A stretch of 61,418 nt of DNA from Bacilli bacterium. Lineage in GTDB: Bacteria > Bacillota_I > Bacilli_A > RF39 > UBA660. Every line of letters starts with the position of its first letter. Position 1 is the stretch's first letter. Positions 45,843-56,010 of this stretch are shown in pieces. Position numbers and translations under genes: made by a program. The stretch lies in contig JAFRIU010000021.1 in the NCBI GenBank assembly GCA_017432645.1, positions 1 to 61,418 on the forward strand. Reading direction: 5' to 3'. The notes under the pieces are model-generated. The model saw only the letters and a program-made list of their open reading frames with translations. It searched no databases and had not been told where the DNA came from.

Positions 45843-47723
45843 ATGGCAAAAAAGCAATTTCAATCAGAATCTAAAAGATTATTAGATTTGATGATTAATT
45901 CTATTTATACTAATAAGGATATCTTTTTAAGAGAATTGATTAGTAATGCAAGTGATGCTCTTGATAAACTTTCTTATAGAAGTTTAACAGATAAGAAAAT
46001 TAAAGTAAAAAAAGATGATTTAGCGATTCAACTTTCTTTTGATAAAGAAAATAGAACTTTAAAAGTAATCGATAATGGCTGTGGAATGACTAAAGAGGAA
46101 TTGGAAGATAATTTAGGTACCATTGCGAAGAGTGGATCTTTCAATTTTAAAGAAAATATGTCTAAGGAAGAAAAGAGTTCTATTATTGGACAATTCGGTG
46201 TTGGATTCTATTCTGCTTTTATGGTTAGTGATAAGATTTCTGTTCTTTCTAGAAGTATTGATGAAGAGGATGCAAATCTTTGGGAAAGTGAAGGAGCAGA
46301 TGGTTATACGATTACTCCTGCAGAAAAGAAAAGTTGTGGAACAGAGATTACTCTACATATTAAAGAGGATAATGATGAATTTCAATATAGTAAATATTTA
46401 GATGAATATGAATTAAAAAGTTTAGTAAAAAAATATTCTGACTATATTCGCTTTCCTATTAAGATGGAGTGTACTCATCATGAATTAAAAGATGAAGAAA
46501 AGCACGAATATAAGGATTCTAAAGAAGTAGAGACTCTAAATAGTATGATTCCTATTTGGAAGAAAAAACAAAAAGATGTTAAAGAAGAAGACTATGAGAA
46601 TTTTTATATGGATAAGTTTAATGACTATGATAAGCCATTAAAAGTTATTCCTTCTTCTGTAGAAGGAATGATTTCTTATCAATCTTTACTTTTTATTCCT
46701 TCTCATGCTCCGTATGATTACTATACACAAGAATATGAGAAAGGTCTTGCTTTGTATTCTCATGGAGTCCTTATTATGGAAAAATGTGCAGATCTACTTC
46801 CTGATTACTTTAGTTTTGTAAAAGGAGTAGTGGATACAGAAGATTTATCTCTTAATATTTCTCGTGAATTATTGCAGGAGTCTCAAAGTTTAAAACTAAT
46901 TGCAAAGAATATTGAAGGAAAAATTCGTAAAGAACTTGAGTCAATGCTAAAAGAAAATCGTGAAGAATATATTTCTTTCTTTAAAACTTTTGGTGTTCAA
47001 TTGAAATATGGGGTTTATAATAATTTTGCTCAAGATAAAGATAAATTAAAAGATCTTATTATGTTTTATTCTGCTAAACATGAAAAACTAATTACGATTG
47101 GTGAATATGTTCAGGAGATGAAGGAAGGGCAAGACACCATTTATTATGCTTCTGGTGCTTCTATTGCGAAGATTTCTTCTCTTCCACAAGTAGAACAAGT
47201 TCGTGATAAAGATTATGATATTTTATATTTAACAGATTATGTAGATGAATTCTGCATTACTGCCTTACAAGAATATGATGGAAAGAAATTTGCTAATGTT
47301 AGTGACGGTGGACTAGACTTAGAATCTGAAGAAGAAAAAGAAGAGACTAAAAAAGTAAATGAAGATAATTCTTCTTTATTAAAGGAAATGTGTGATGAGA
47401 TTAAAGAAGTTAAAGAAGTTCGCTTTAGTAACAAATTAAAGACTCATCCTGTTTGCTTAACTACAAAAGGGGACGTTTCTATTGAGATGCAAAAGGTTTT
47501 TGATGCTATGCCAAATCAAATGGGTATTAAAGCCGAGATGATTCTTGAAATTAATGAGAAACATCCGATTAGTCAGAAATTAAAAGAGCTTTATAAAGAA
47601 GATAAAGAGGAGTTTTTAAAGTATACAAGAATTCTATATAGCGAGGCTCAAATCATTGCAGGACTTCCTATTGAGAATCCTACAGAGATTAGTAAATTAA
47701 TATGTGATGTACTTTCAAAATAG
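45843..47723 (+). CDS. htpG: Molecular chaperone HtpG (Hsp90)
   Basis: FLRELISNASDALDK, GQFGVGFYSAFMV, SRELLQ. Confidence 0.92.
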   Translation: MAKKQFQSESKRLLDLMINSIYTNKDIFLRELISNASDALDKLSYRSLTDKKIKVKKDDLAIQLSFDKENRTLKVIDNGCGMTKEELEDNLGTIAKSGSFNFKENMSKEEKSSIIGQFGVGFYSAFMVSDKISVLSRSIDEEDANLWESEGADGYTITPAEKKSCGTEITLHIKEDNDEFQYSKYLDEYELKSLVKKYSDYIRFPIKMECTHHELKDEEKHEYKDSKEVETLNSMIPIWKKKQKDVKEEDYENFYMDKFNDYDKPLKVIPSSVEGMISYQSLLFIPSHAPYDYYTQEYEKGLALYSHGVLIMEKCADLLPDYFSFVKGVVDTEDLSLNISRELLQESQSLKLIAKNIEGKIRKELESMLKENREEYISFFKTFGVQLKYGVYNNFAQDKDKLKDLIMFYSAKHEKLITIGEYVQEMKEGQDTIYYASGASIAKISSLPQVEQVRDKDYDILYLTDYVDEFCITALQEYDGKKFANVSDGGLDLESEEEKEETKKVNEDNSSLLKEMCDEIKEVKEVRFSNKLKTHPVCLTTKGDVSIEMQKVFDAMPNQMGIKAEMILEINEKHPISQKLKELYKEDKEEFLKYTRILYSEAQIIAGLPIENPTEISKLICDVLSK

Positions 47724-47742
47724 AGGAGAAATCCTCTTTTTT
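47722..47742 (+). terminator. Terminator after htpG
   Basis: agagga-gaaa-tcctct followed by a T-run. Confidence 0.7.
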
Positions 47743-47794
47743 GTTGGTTGACAGAAAGATTAGAAAAACTTATAATTTTATTATAGGTGATAGT

Positions 47795-49681
47795 ATGAAG
47801 AATAAAAAAGGATTTACATTAGTAGAGTTGTTGTCAACTATTGTAATTTTGGCTATTTTATTATCTGCTTCTGTTTTTGCCATTACTAAATTTGTTGGAA
47901 AATCTAAAGTAGAAAGCATGGAGGCACAAAAACGCGCATTTGTTATGGCTGGAAAGAGTTATGCGCAGGATCATTCCAGCGTTCTTCCAAATTCTATTGG
48001 GGAGAAGAAAGATATCTATGCTAATGTGATTAAGACTGCTAAATATTTAAAGAATGATCTTACCAATGCAGATGGAAAATCTTGTATGGAAAAATCTTTT
48101 GTTCGTGTTTATAAATATGATGAGACTGGTTATACTTATACAGCATATATCTTCTGTGAGGGGGATACGGTTCCAACAGAAATAGACCCGGTCGGACCAG
48201 ATATTCATGTTGATTTTTCTTATCCTGATGATGCAATATATGCTAATGTTACTCTTACAGATGGTAGTAGTGATGGCGATATTATAGGACTTATGAGTTG
48301 GGATTATACAGTTGTTGCTCATTATAAAGAATCTGATACTACAGTAGAGGTTTATCATTCAGAATCTATGATGTTAAATGGAGAAACAAATTATACAGCA
48401 GATCCTATTAACTTGTCTTCTTATGAAGATGCTGACAAAGTTGCTGATTTTGATATAATCATTACTGCATATAATCGAAATGGTGGTTTTTCTAGTACTC
48501 ATGGAATTAATCAAGCTTGTGCATCTCTTTCATTGGATATTACTTCTATTTATATTTTAAAGGGAGAGACTAAACAGATTGAGGCTACTAAGAACTGTGG
48601 AAAGTCTGTTCAGTGGACGAGTAGTAATGATAGTGTAGTCACTATTAGTGAAGATGGAGTAATTACTGGAGTTGGTGCTGGTGAAGCAACCATTACGGCT
48701 ACCTTACCAGGTGGAATAGTTGCGGAGGCAAGTGTTGAGGTTGGTGTTTGTACCTCTGTTTCCTTAACACCAAATTCTTTCACTTTAAGAAGGGGAAGTA
48801 CACAAGAACTTAGTGTTAATAAAGATTGCCGAAATCCTGTCTCATGGTCAAGTAGTAATCCTAGTGTTGCGAGTGTTGCAGATGGAGTGATTACGGGAAT
48901 TGCACCAGGAAATGCTGTTATTACGGCTACTCTAATTGACGGGGTAACTAGTACTTCAAGCGTTAATATTTGTGCTCCAAGTATTCAACTTAATCAATCT
49001 TCTGTTTCTGTAACTCAGGGAGGAACTACTACTGTAACAGCTACCAAGAGTTGTACGGATTCTAATGTTACTTGGACAAGTAGTAATCCTAGTGTTGCAA
49101 CGGTTAATAATGGTGTAATTACAGGTGTGAGTGCAGGGGATGCGGTTGTTACTGCAACGGTTGAGGATGCTTCTAAGACAGTTAATGTTACTGTTCCTAC
49201 CTGTTCTTATCTTCATTTGAGTGATACTTCTTTATCTGTTCAAAAGGGAAAAACAAAAACGATTACGGTGGAGAAGGACTGTGTTAATCCTGTTACTTGG
49301 ACAAGTAGTAATCCTAGTGTTGTAACAGTTGAGAATGGTGTGTTGACAGGAGTTACTGATGGAAATGCTGTTATTACTGCTACTTTAATGGATGGGATTA
49401 CGGAAACGGTTAATGTTAATGTTTGTACACCAACAATTAGTGTGTCACCTGCTTCTATTACAATTAAAGAAGGAGAAACTAAGCAAATAACGGCTACTAC
49501 GACTTGTACTACTTCCACAGTTACATGGAAGAGTAGTAGTACCTCTAATGCTACCGTTAGTAGTTCTGGGGTTATTAGAGGTGTTAACCATGGAAGTGCT
49601 AGGGTTACTGCAACAGTAGATGGTGTAAGTGCAAGAGTAAATGTTACCGTTCAACTAACCTTTTACTATATTGGTGGATAA
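47795..49681 (+). CDS. Type IV pilin-like (prepilin N-terminus) protein with tandem Big_2-type Ig-like domains
   Basis: MKNKKG/FTLVELLSTIVILAILL (class III signal, Glu at +5). Five repeats of the type W(T/S)SSN.SV.TV..GVITGV..G.AVITATL. Confidence 0.75.
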   Translation: MKNKKGFTLVELLSTIVILAILLSASVFAITKFVGKSKVESMEAQKRAFVMAGKSYAQDHSSVLPNSIGEKKDIYANVIKTAKYLKNDLTNADGKSCMEKSFVRVYKYDETGYTYTAYIFCEGDTVPTEIDPVGPDIHVDFSYPDDAIYANVTLTDGSSDGDIIGLMSWDYTVVAHYKESDTTVEVYHSESMMLNGETNYTADPINLSSYEDADKVADFDIIITAYNRNGGFSSTHGINQACASLSLDITSIYILKGETKQIEATKNCGKSVQWTSSNDSVVTISEDGVITGVGAGEATITATLPGGIVAEASVEVGVCTSVSLTPNSFTLRRGSTQELSVNKDCRNPVSWSSSNPSVASVADGVITGIAPGNAVITATLIDGVTSTSSVNICAPSIQLNQSSVSVTQGGTTTVTATKSCTDSNVTWTSSNPSVATVNNGVITGVSAGDAVVTATVEDASKTVNVTVPTCSYLHLSDTSLSVQKGKTKTITVEKDCVNPVTWTSSNPSVVTVENGVLTGVTDGNAVITATLMDGITETVNVNVCTPTISVSPASITIKEGETKQITATTTCTTSTVTWKSSSTSNATVSSSGVIRGVNHGSARVTATVDGVSARVNVTVQLTFYYIGG

Positions 49682-49724
49682 AATCTTAATGTAAATTTTT
49701 GTATATTTATAAATTTTTAATTGT

Positions 49725-49757
49725 AAACTAACTCAGCATTACTGAGTTAGTTTTTTT
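49725..49757 (+). terminator. Terminator after the pilin-like gene
   Basis: aaactaactcag-catta-ctgagttagttt followed by a T-run. Confidence 0.75.
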
Positions 49758-49864
49758 GTTGTAGTCTATATTAAATGATTTTATACTTGACATTTTCCTG
49801 TTTTGATATATAATTAATATTGTCGTAAGCAATTATGATTAGTTGGTAGCTAAGCAATTATCTT

Positions 49865-49941
49865 GCGCTCGTAGCTCAGTTGGATAGAGTGTTTGGCTAC
49901 GAACCAAAAGGTCGGGGGTTCGAATCCCTCCGAGCGCACCA
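49865..49941 (+). tRNA. tRNA-Arg (ACG)
   Basis: GCGCTCG acceptor stem, anticodon loop CTACGAA, T-arm GGGGG-TTCGAAT-CCCTC, CCA encoded. Confidence 0.9.
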
Positions 49942-49946
49942 GTTAT

Positions 49947-50023
49947 CGGGAAGTGGCTCAACTTGGTAGAGCACGTGGTTTGGGACCATGGGGTTGCAGG
50001 TTCAAATCCTGTCTTCCCGACCA
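49947..50023 (+). tRNA. tRNA-Pro (UGG)
   Basis: CGGGAAG acceptor stem, anticodon loop TTTGGGA, T-arm GCAGG-TTCAAAT-CCTGT, CCA encoded. Confidence 0.9.
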
Positions 50024-50035
50024 TTAAAAAAATAA

Positions 50036-50060
50036 AGTCTTGAAATTCAAGACTTTTTCT
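50036..50060. terminator. Bidirectional terminator after the tRNA pair / NUDIX gene
   Basis: agtcttga-aat-tcaagact flanked by A- and T-runs. Confidence 0.7.
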
Positions 50061-50546
50061 TTTTTTGTAATTCATGGAATAGAATACCATGAGATTTTAA
50101 CATTTTTTCTGTATTGATTAATTCATCTATTTTTTCTACACTCATATATTGAACGGATTCTACTTCTTCTTTTTGAATTTGTAGTGAATTTATATCCATA
50201 TCTTTTTGTAGATAGTATAGGTATCTTAGTGTTTTGTCAAAAGATAGAAAACCAAATTCTTCTATTTTATCTTTTTCAATATTGACACCTAATTCCTCTT
50301 TTACTTCTCTTTTGATTGTTTCTAATGGAGTTTCTTCAGTAGTTACATGTCCTCCTGTTGTTGAATAATGTCCACCTTTTTCTTTTGATGTTTTTTGAAT
50401 TAAAAACTCGCCTTTATGATTTTCTATGAAGATTACTGCGACAGCTATATATGTTCATTTTCATTGAGTATAGCTGTTTTATCTCCTCTTTCAATTGTTC
50501 TTCCTGTTCTTTTTCCATTATTGTCATAAATATCTAATAATTCCAT
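50047..50546 (-). pseudogene. Frameshifted NUDIX hydrolase
   Basis: MELLDIYDNNGKRTGRTIERGDKTAILNENEHI then a stop. It continues in another frame as IAVAVIFIENHKGEFLIQK...GGHVTTEETPLETIKREVKEELGV (Nudix box). The break lies in an (AT)n run at 50445-50453. Confidence 0.75.
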
Positions 50547-50576
50547 ATATTCTCCTTATTTATAAAAAGGAAAATC

Positions 50577-52019
50577 TTAATAAGATTTTCCCCAAATAAC
50601 CATTTCTTTTGCTTCTTTTCCACAGCAGATACATTTTGTACTTATTTGTTCTCGCTTTTCTGGAATACAACGGGATCCAAAGCCTTCTGTTGCAGCCTTA
50701 ATTTCTTCTTCACAAGCTTTATCTCCACACCACATAGCTTTGATAAATCCTATATTTTCTTTTGCTATTTTTTTCATTTCCTCTAGGGTAGTTGCAGTAA
50801 AGATATGATTTTCTAAGAATTCTTTTGCTTGTTGATACATCTCTTTTTGCATCTCTTCTAAGATAGTTGGAATTTCTTTTTCTAAGTTTTCTATTTTAAC
50901 TGAGATTTTTTTTCTATCATTTCTTCTTACTACGATTACTTCTTCGTTTTCTATGTCCTTTGGACCAATTTCTATACGAAGTGGAATTCCAAGCATTTCT
51001 TGTTCTGCATATTTGAAACCTGGAGATTTGTTAGAATCATCCAAATCTACTTTGATATTTTCTTTTTGTAGTCTTTCTAGTATTTCATTTGCTTTTTCTA
51101 GTACGCCTTCTTTTTGTTGGGCAATTGGTATGATTCTTACTTGTATTGGTGCAATTCTTGGAGGTAGAACTAATCCTTCATCATCTCCATGAACCATGAT
51201 AATTGCACCAATAATTCTAGTAGATAAGCCCCAACTTGTTTCATAGCAGCTGTGTAATTTATTTTCTTTATCTAAATATTTAATATTAAATGCATCTGGG
51301 AATCCAGAACCAAAGAAATGTGAAGTTCCTGATTGAAGAGATTTTCCATCATGCATCATTGCTTCGATGGTATAAGTATCTTCTGCACCAGCAAATTTTT
51401 CACTTTCTGTTTTCTTTCCAAAAACTAATGGTATAGCAAGATCCTCTGTTACAAAATCATAGTATACATTAAACATCTGTTTTGTTCTTTCTTCTGCTTC
51501 TTCATAGGTTGCATGTATCGTATGTCCTTCTTGCCATAAAAATTCTCTGCTTCTTAAAAATGGTCTAGTTGTTTTTTCCCATCTTAATACGGAACACCAT
51601 TGATTCCAAACCAGTGGTAAGTCACGATAAGATTTTATTTGTTTTTGCCAAACGTCACAGAATAATGTTTCTGAAGTAGGGCGGATACAAAATTTTTCTT
51701 CTAAATCTTCGCCACCACCTTGTGTTACCCAAGCAACTTCTGGAGCAAAACCTTCTATGTGATCTTTTTCTTTTTGAAGTAGATTTTCTGGAATTAACAT
51801 TGGTAAATAAACATTCTTTACTCCAACGTTTTTAAATCTTCTATCTAGTTTTTCCTGAATGTTTTCCCAAATCGCGTATCCATTCGGTAGATAGTTTAGA
51901 CATCCTTTTACACTAGAATACTCACATAATTTTGCTTCTTTTACAACATCTGTGTACCATTGTGCAAAATCTTCTTCACGTGAAGTGATTTTTTCTACCA
52001 TTTTTTTATTATCTACCAT
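50577..52019 (-). CDS. proS: Proline--tRNA ligase (archaeal/eukaryote-like type)
   Basis: REEDFAQWYTDVV, FLRSREFLWQEGHT, and the C-terminal Zn-type tail CICCGKEAK...GKSY. Start set at MVDNKK after RBS. Confidence 0.9.
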   Translation of the reverse strand: MVDNKKMVEKITSREEDFAQWYTDVVKEAKLCEYSSVKGCLNYLPNGYAIWENIQEKLDRRFKNVGVKNVYLPMLIPENLLQKEKDHIEGFAPEVAWVTQGGGEDLEEKFCIRPTSETLFCDVWQKQIKSYRDLPLVWNQWCSVLRWEKTTRPFLRSREFLWQEGHTIHATYEEAEERTKQMFNVYYDFVTEDLAIPLVFGKKTESEKFAGAEDTYTIEAMMHDGKSLQSGTSHFFGSGFPDAFNIKYLDKENKLHSCYETSWGLSTRIIGAIIMVHGDDEGLVLPPRIAPIQVRIIPIAQQKEGVLEKANEILERLQKENIKVDLDDSNKSPGFKYAEQEMLGIPLRIEIGPKDIENEEVIVVRRNDRKKISVKIENLEKEIPTILEEMQKEMYQQAKEFLENHIFTATTLEEMKKIAKENIGFIKAMWCGDKACEEEIKAATEGFGSRCIPEKREQISTKCICCGKEAKEMVIWGKSY

Positions 52020-52139
52020 ATTCTCTTCCTCTTTTCCATCTGTGTACATTCTATCATAGGAACAGGTGGAAAGCAATTATCTTTATTATTATATCTTGAA
52101 ATTTATTCTATTATCTTTTATTATTATAATAGGTGGTGT

Positions 52140-53171
52140 ATGAATATGAAGGAGGAACTCTTTATTCAATTCATTGAAATCTTAGATCGGAAGGCGGAAC
52201 ATGCTGGAGAGAATCAAGAATATCAATATTCAGAAAATGATTTTTCTGTTCTTCAACAATTAAAAGCTTTAGCAGAACAAGATCGAACTATAAAGGATTT
52301 GCTGTATGATATAGGTGCGTCATCATCTAAAGAAGAAAGATGTAGAAAAGTAGAAGATTTTTTTAATAAAAGTTTAGAAGAGAAGAATGTTGATGAACTA
52401 CTTGCTGAGGCACATGGTGTAGATGTTACAAAAATCGATCATCGATATTTGAGTAATGGGCATGAAATCCTTTCTTTTTATAGTAATAAATTAAATCGTA
52501 TGCTTTTTTTGAGGGTTGATTCTGATGGAAAAAATGTAAAGGAATATTTAGAAGACTTGCAGAAAGAGAAAGGGGATTCTCAAGAAAGTAGTGCAGAGAG
52601 CACTTTAATGGATGAAAGAAATAGTAAAGACATTGAATTAAAATGGTATGATAAAAAAGATCTTGCTTATCTTCATGGTGTGGTTGATAGCATGGATCGA
52701 GAGCAAGACTTAAAGAAGTTTAAGTATTTGATAGAGTTATTAGTGGCTGATAGAATTTCATGCATTAATTTAGAAGAATTCATTTATAGAGATAATCAGG
52801 ATCGTATTGGTGAAGTTTCATTGGTAGATGGAGAAATAATGGATATGGCTCCAGCAGATGAAAATTATCAAGCGACTCAGAATGCTGTAGATGAAGGTTT
52901 TACTCCTCCTGTTGAAGATTCTGTTGAATCACATGAAGAGAAAGAGGAAAAGACAGAAGTTTCGTCTCATGGTGAGGTAGAAGAAATGATTCATGATGAT
53001 GAGGCACATAAAAATACTGAAGAGGCTGAAGTCGGAAAAGAGAATGAAGGTAAAGCTTATGTTTACCAACCAAGAGATACTAATTCTAATGGCTATGGTA
53101 CTATCGTTGTTTTTTCTGTAGTGATTTCTGTTTTCATTATTGGTGTTATTCTATATCTTGTATTTCATTAA
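52140..53171 (+). CDS. Hypothetical acidic protein with C-terminal TM anchor
   Basis: Clean ORF with an RBS (aggtgg). The C-terminus IVVFSVVISVFIIGVILYLVF is hydrophobic. Confidence 0.55.
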   Translation: MNMKEELFIQFIEILDRKAEHAGENQEYQYSENDFSVLQQLKALAEQDRTIKDLLYDIGASSSKEERCRKVEDFFNKSLEEKNVDELLAEAHGVDVTKIDHRYLSNGHEILSFYSNKLNRMLFLRVDSDGKNVKEYLEDLQKEKGDSQESSAESTLMDERNSKDIELKWYDKKDLAYLHGVVDSMDREQDLKKFKYLIELLVADRISCINLEEFIYRDNQDRIGEVSLVDGEIMDMAPADENYQATQNAVDEGFTPPVEDSVESHEEKEEKTEVSSHGEVEEMIHDDEAHKNTEEAEVGKENEGKAYVYQPRDTNSNGYGTIVVFSVVISVFIIGVILYLVFH

Positions 53172-53210
53172 TGAATAAACAACAAAAGTTTTCATATACA
53201 TAAGTAGGTG

Positions 53211-54275
53211 ATGTATATCAAAAAACTCTTGTTGTTTTTTTTATGCTTTTTTCTTTTAATTCCTCGTGTATATGCCTATGGATATGTCGTGATGGACTTA
53301 GATTCTGGAAGAATTATTGCTAGTGAAAATATGAATAATAGAGAGTTAATTGCTTCTACTACTAAAATTATGACTTGTATTATTGTGTTAGAAAATTCTA
53401 ATTTAGATCAAAAGATAAAGGTTGGAGAAGAAGTGCTTTCCATGTATGGTACGAATATTTATATAGAAGTAGGAGAAGAACTAAGTGTTAAAGATTTACT
53501 ATATGGCTTGATGTTACGTAGTGGAAATGATGCAGCCATTGTTTTAGCTGTTCATACTTTAGGAGAAGAAAATTTCATTCAAAAGATGAATGAAAAGGCA
53601 ATTGAGATAGGAATGAATCATACAGTTTTTGCTAATCCTCATGGTTTAGATGATGTTTCTGTTAATTATTCTACAGCTTATGATATGGCTCTTCTTAGTC
53701 GATATGCTTATCAGAATTCTGTTTATCGTGAAATTATTTCTACTAAGAAATACGTTGCTACTTCTTCTTTGAAAACCTATGTTTGGAATAATCGAATGAG
53801 TCTTATTCGTCAATACAATAATTGTATAGGAGGAAAAAATGGGTATACTCCTAAAGCGGGGAAATCTTTGGTCTCTTATGCTAGAAAAGACAAAAAAACG
53901 TTTACTATTGTTTCTTTAGATGATGATTCTATTTATGAGAATCATCGCCGTTTATATGAAAAATATTTTTCTTTATATGATTATTATTTAATTATTGATG
54001 CTAAGAATTTTTTTATTGAGAGAACGTTTAGTTCGAAAGAATTATATTTAAAAAAGTCTTTTTCATATTTGCTTTCGAAGGAAGAGGTGGATAATGTCAC
54101 CACTTTGGTAAAGCTCTATCCTACTACCAAGAATCAGAAAGCAGGAATGATTAAGATTTATTTAAAAGGAAAAGAAATTGGTTCTTTAGATATTTATGAA
54201 GAAAAGAGGATTCAGAGGAAAAAATCCACTTTTCAGAAAGCATGGGATTTTCTTTGGAATAGAAGAAAAAAATAA
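53211..54275 (+). CDS. Serine-type D-Ala-D-Ala carboxypeptidase (PBP5/DacB-like, S11)
   Basis: SxxK (ASTTKIMT), SxN (RSGND), KxG (GKNGYT). Has a signal peptide. Confidence 0.85.
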   Translation: MYIKKLLLFFLCFFLLIPRVYAYGYVVMDLDSGRIIASENMNNRELIASTTKIMTCIIVLENSNLDQKIKVGEEVLSMYGTNIYIEVGEELSVKDLLYGLMLRSGNDAAIVLAVHTLGEENFIQKMNEKAIEIGMNHTVFANPHGLDDVSVNYSTAYDMALLSRYAYQNSVYREIISTKKYVATSSLKTYVWNNRMSLIRQYNNCIGGKNGYTPKAGKSLVSYARKDKKTFTIVSLDDDSIYENHRRLYEKYFSLYDYYLIIDAKNFFIERTFSSKELYLKKSFSYLLSKEEVDNVTTLVKLYPTTKNQKAGMIKIYLKGKEIGSLDIYEEKRIQRKKSTFQKAWDFLWNRRKK

Positions 54276-54291
54276 AGAGAGAAGTCTCTCT

Positions 54292-55206
54292 TTATTCAGA
54301 ATTTGATAAACGGTAAAAATTAATGGATGGTCTACAGAAAAGTCTGATTCCTTTTTTTGTCCCTAAACCACTTGAAATAAATAATTCTGATTGTCCTATT
54401 TCATAGTAATCTTGATCATATTTTTTTGCTCCTGAAGTTTTATGAAGGGCTTTTTTTAGGAAAGGTATTCTAATGTTTCCATTATGAGAGTGACCAGCTA
54501 GGAATAGATCGGTTTGGTAATTATTTAAAATATTATCTACCTCATCTGGTTCATGAACAAGGGTTATGGTATAAATATTTTCTAAGTGATTCTCTTCATG
54601 GAAATAACGATAAGCTTTTTCCATATCCATGTTTTTTCCGGCTGATAATCCGATTAATAGAATAGGATTGTTGTCTTTTTGATAAAGTATGTCGTAGTCA
54701 TTGTTTAGAAGAATAAAATCACTTTGATTGAAGATTGTTGCGAGTTCTTCGTTATCTTCATCTCCTAAAATAGCGTATTTTCCAAGAGTAGCAGTCATAT
54801 CTTTTAGTTCTTGAATCATTTTTTCCTGTTCTTCTGAAGTTAGTGTATATTTTTTATGTATGAGATCTCCTGTAAAAACAACAAGATCTGGTTTTCTTTC
54901 ATTAGATAGTTTTTTTACTTTTTGTAGGTCTTCTAGGAACATGGTTGTTCCAAAGTGTAGGTCACTAAATTGAATCATTTTTAAGCTGTTGAAAGAAGAA
55001 GGAATTTTATTGGAAGTAATGCGGTATTCTCTTACTTTTATTTTTACTGTTGAGATATAAGTTGTGTATGTATAAAAGCATAGAAAAAAGATTGTAAGAA
55101 AAACAAGAAGCTTTACTAAGAATTTTATTCTGTTTTTCCACTTTTTCTTTTTTTCATCTTCTTCTATTTCTTTTTGCACTTCTTCATTTAATTCTTCTCT
55201 TGTCAT
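54292..55206 (-). CDS. Membrane-anchored metallophosphoesterase (YkuE-like)
   Basis: QFSDLHFG, FTGDLIH, AGHSHNG. Confidence 0.8.
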   Translation of the reverse strand: MTREELNEEVQKEIEEDEKKKKWKNRIKFLVKLLVFLTIFFLCFYTYTTYISTVKIKVREYRITSNKIPSSFNSLKMIQFSDLHFGTTMFLEDLQKVKKLSNERKPDLVVFTGDLIHKKYTLTSEEQEKMIQELKDMTATLGKYAILGDEDNEELATIFNQSDFILLNNDYDILYQKDNNPILLIGLSAGKNMDMEKAYRYFHEENHLENIYTITLVHEPDEVDNILNNYQTDLFLAGHSHNGNIRIPFLKKALHKTSGAKKYDQDYYEIGQSELFISSGLGTKKGIRLFCRPSINFYRLSNSE

Positions 55207-55305
55207 AGTATCACCAACTTTATTCTATCATATTTTTCTTCGTATAAAAATATTGGAATAAAAGTTTTTTTATGATATATTCGTTTTTGAGGAAGGTAGA
55301 AAAGT

Positions 55306-55986
55306 ATGAAAGAAAAAATTATTTTTGTTTTATTAGTAATTGTATTGATTGTTTTGGTTTGTTTAGTTCCGTCGAAGGAAACTGTAATTCAGGAAGATTT
55401 ATTGGGGATTGATTATGAGGTAGAAGGAAATGAAGCGGATCTTTCATATGAAACAGATAATCCTGTTGTTGCTCTTTATGTAAAGAATTATGGTTCTATT
55501 GTTATGGAGCTTTATCCGGAAATCGCTCCGAATACGGTTTCTAATTTTATATCTCTTGTAAAGAAAGGTTTTTATGATCAAAATACTTTTCATCGCTTGA
55601 TGCCTGGTTTTGTTTTACAAGGTGGAGATCCTGATGGTACTGGAAATGGTGGACCTGGATACTCTATTAAAGGTGAATTTACTAGTAATGGTTTTGAAAA
55701 CAATTTATTACATGAAAAATGGGTTGTATCTATGGCAAGAGCTACTGCTTTTGATACCGCTGGTAGTCAGTTCTTTATTTGTTTAGGTACGGCTTCTCAT
55801 TTGGATGGCAATTATGCTGCTTTTGGAAAGGTTATTGATGGTTTTGATAACATTACCGCAATTGAAGAAAATGAAAGGATTGCTGATTCTAAAAATGGTA
55901 TTTTGCAAAATAATTTAACAATTCAAAAGGCTCTTGTTGATTTGCAAGGAAAAGAGTATTCAGAACCAGAAATAATAACGGAATAA
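55306..55986 (+). CDS. Cyclophilin-type peptidyl-prolyl isomerase with N-terminal anchor
   Basis: FHRLMPGFVLQGGDP, SMARA....GSQFFI. Confidence 0.88.
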   Translation: MKEKIIFVLLVIVLIVLVCLVPSKETVIQEDLLGIDYEVEGNEADLSYETDNPVVALYVKNYGSIVMELYPEIAPNTVSNFISLVKKGFYDQNTFHRLMPGFVLQGGDPDGTGNGGPGYSIKGEFTSNGFENNLLHEKWVVSMARATAFDTAGSQFFICLGTASHLDGNYAAFGKVIDGFDNITAIEENERIADSKNGILQNNLTIQKALVDLQGKEYSEPEIITE

Positions 55987-56010
55987 AAAAATACTGAGAA
56001 ATCAGTATTT

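Noticed and set aside
49839-50090. 83-aa minus-strand ORF.
   Set aside because: It is antisense to tRNA-Arg and tRNA-Pro.
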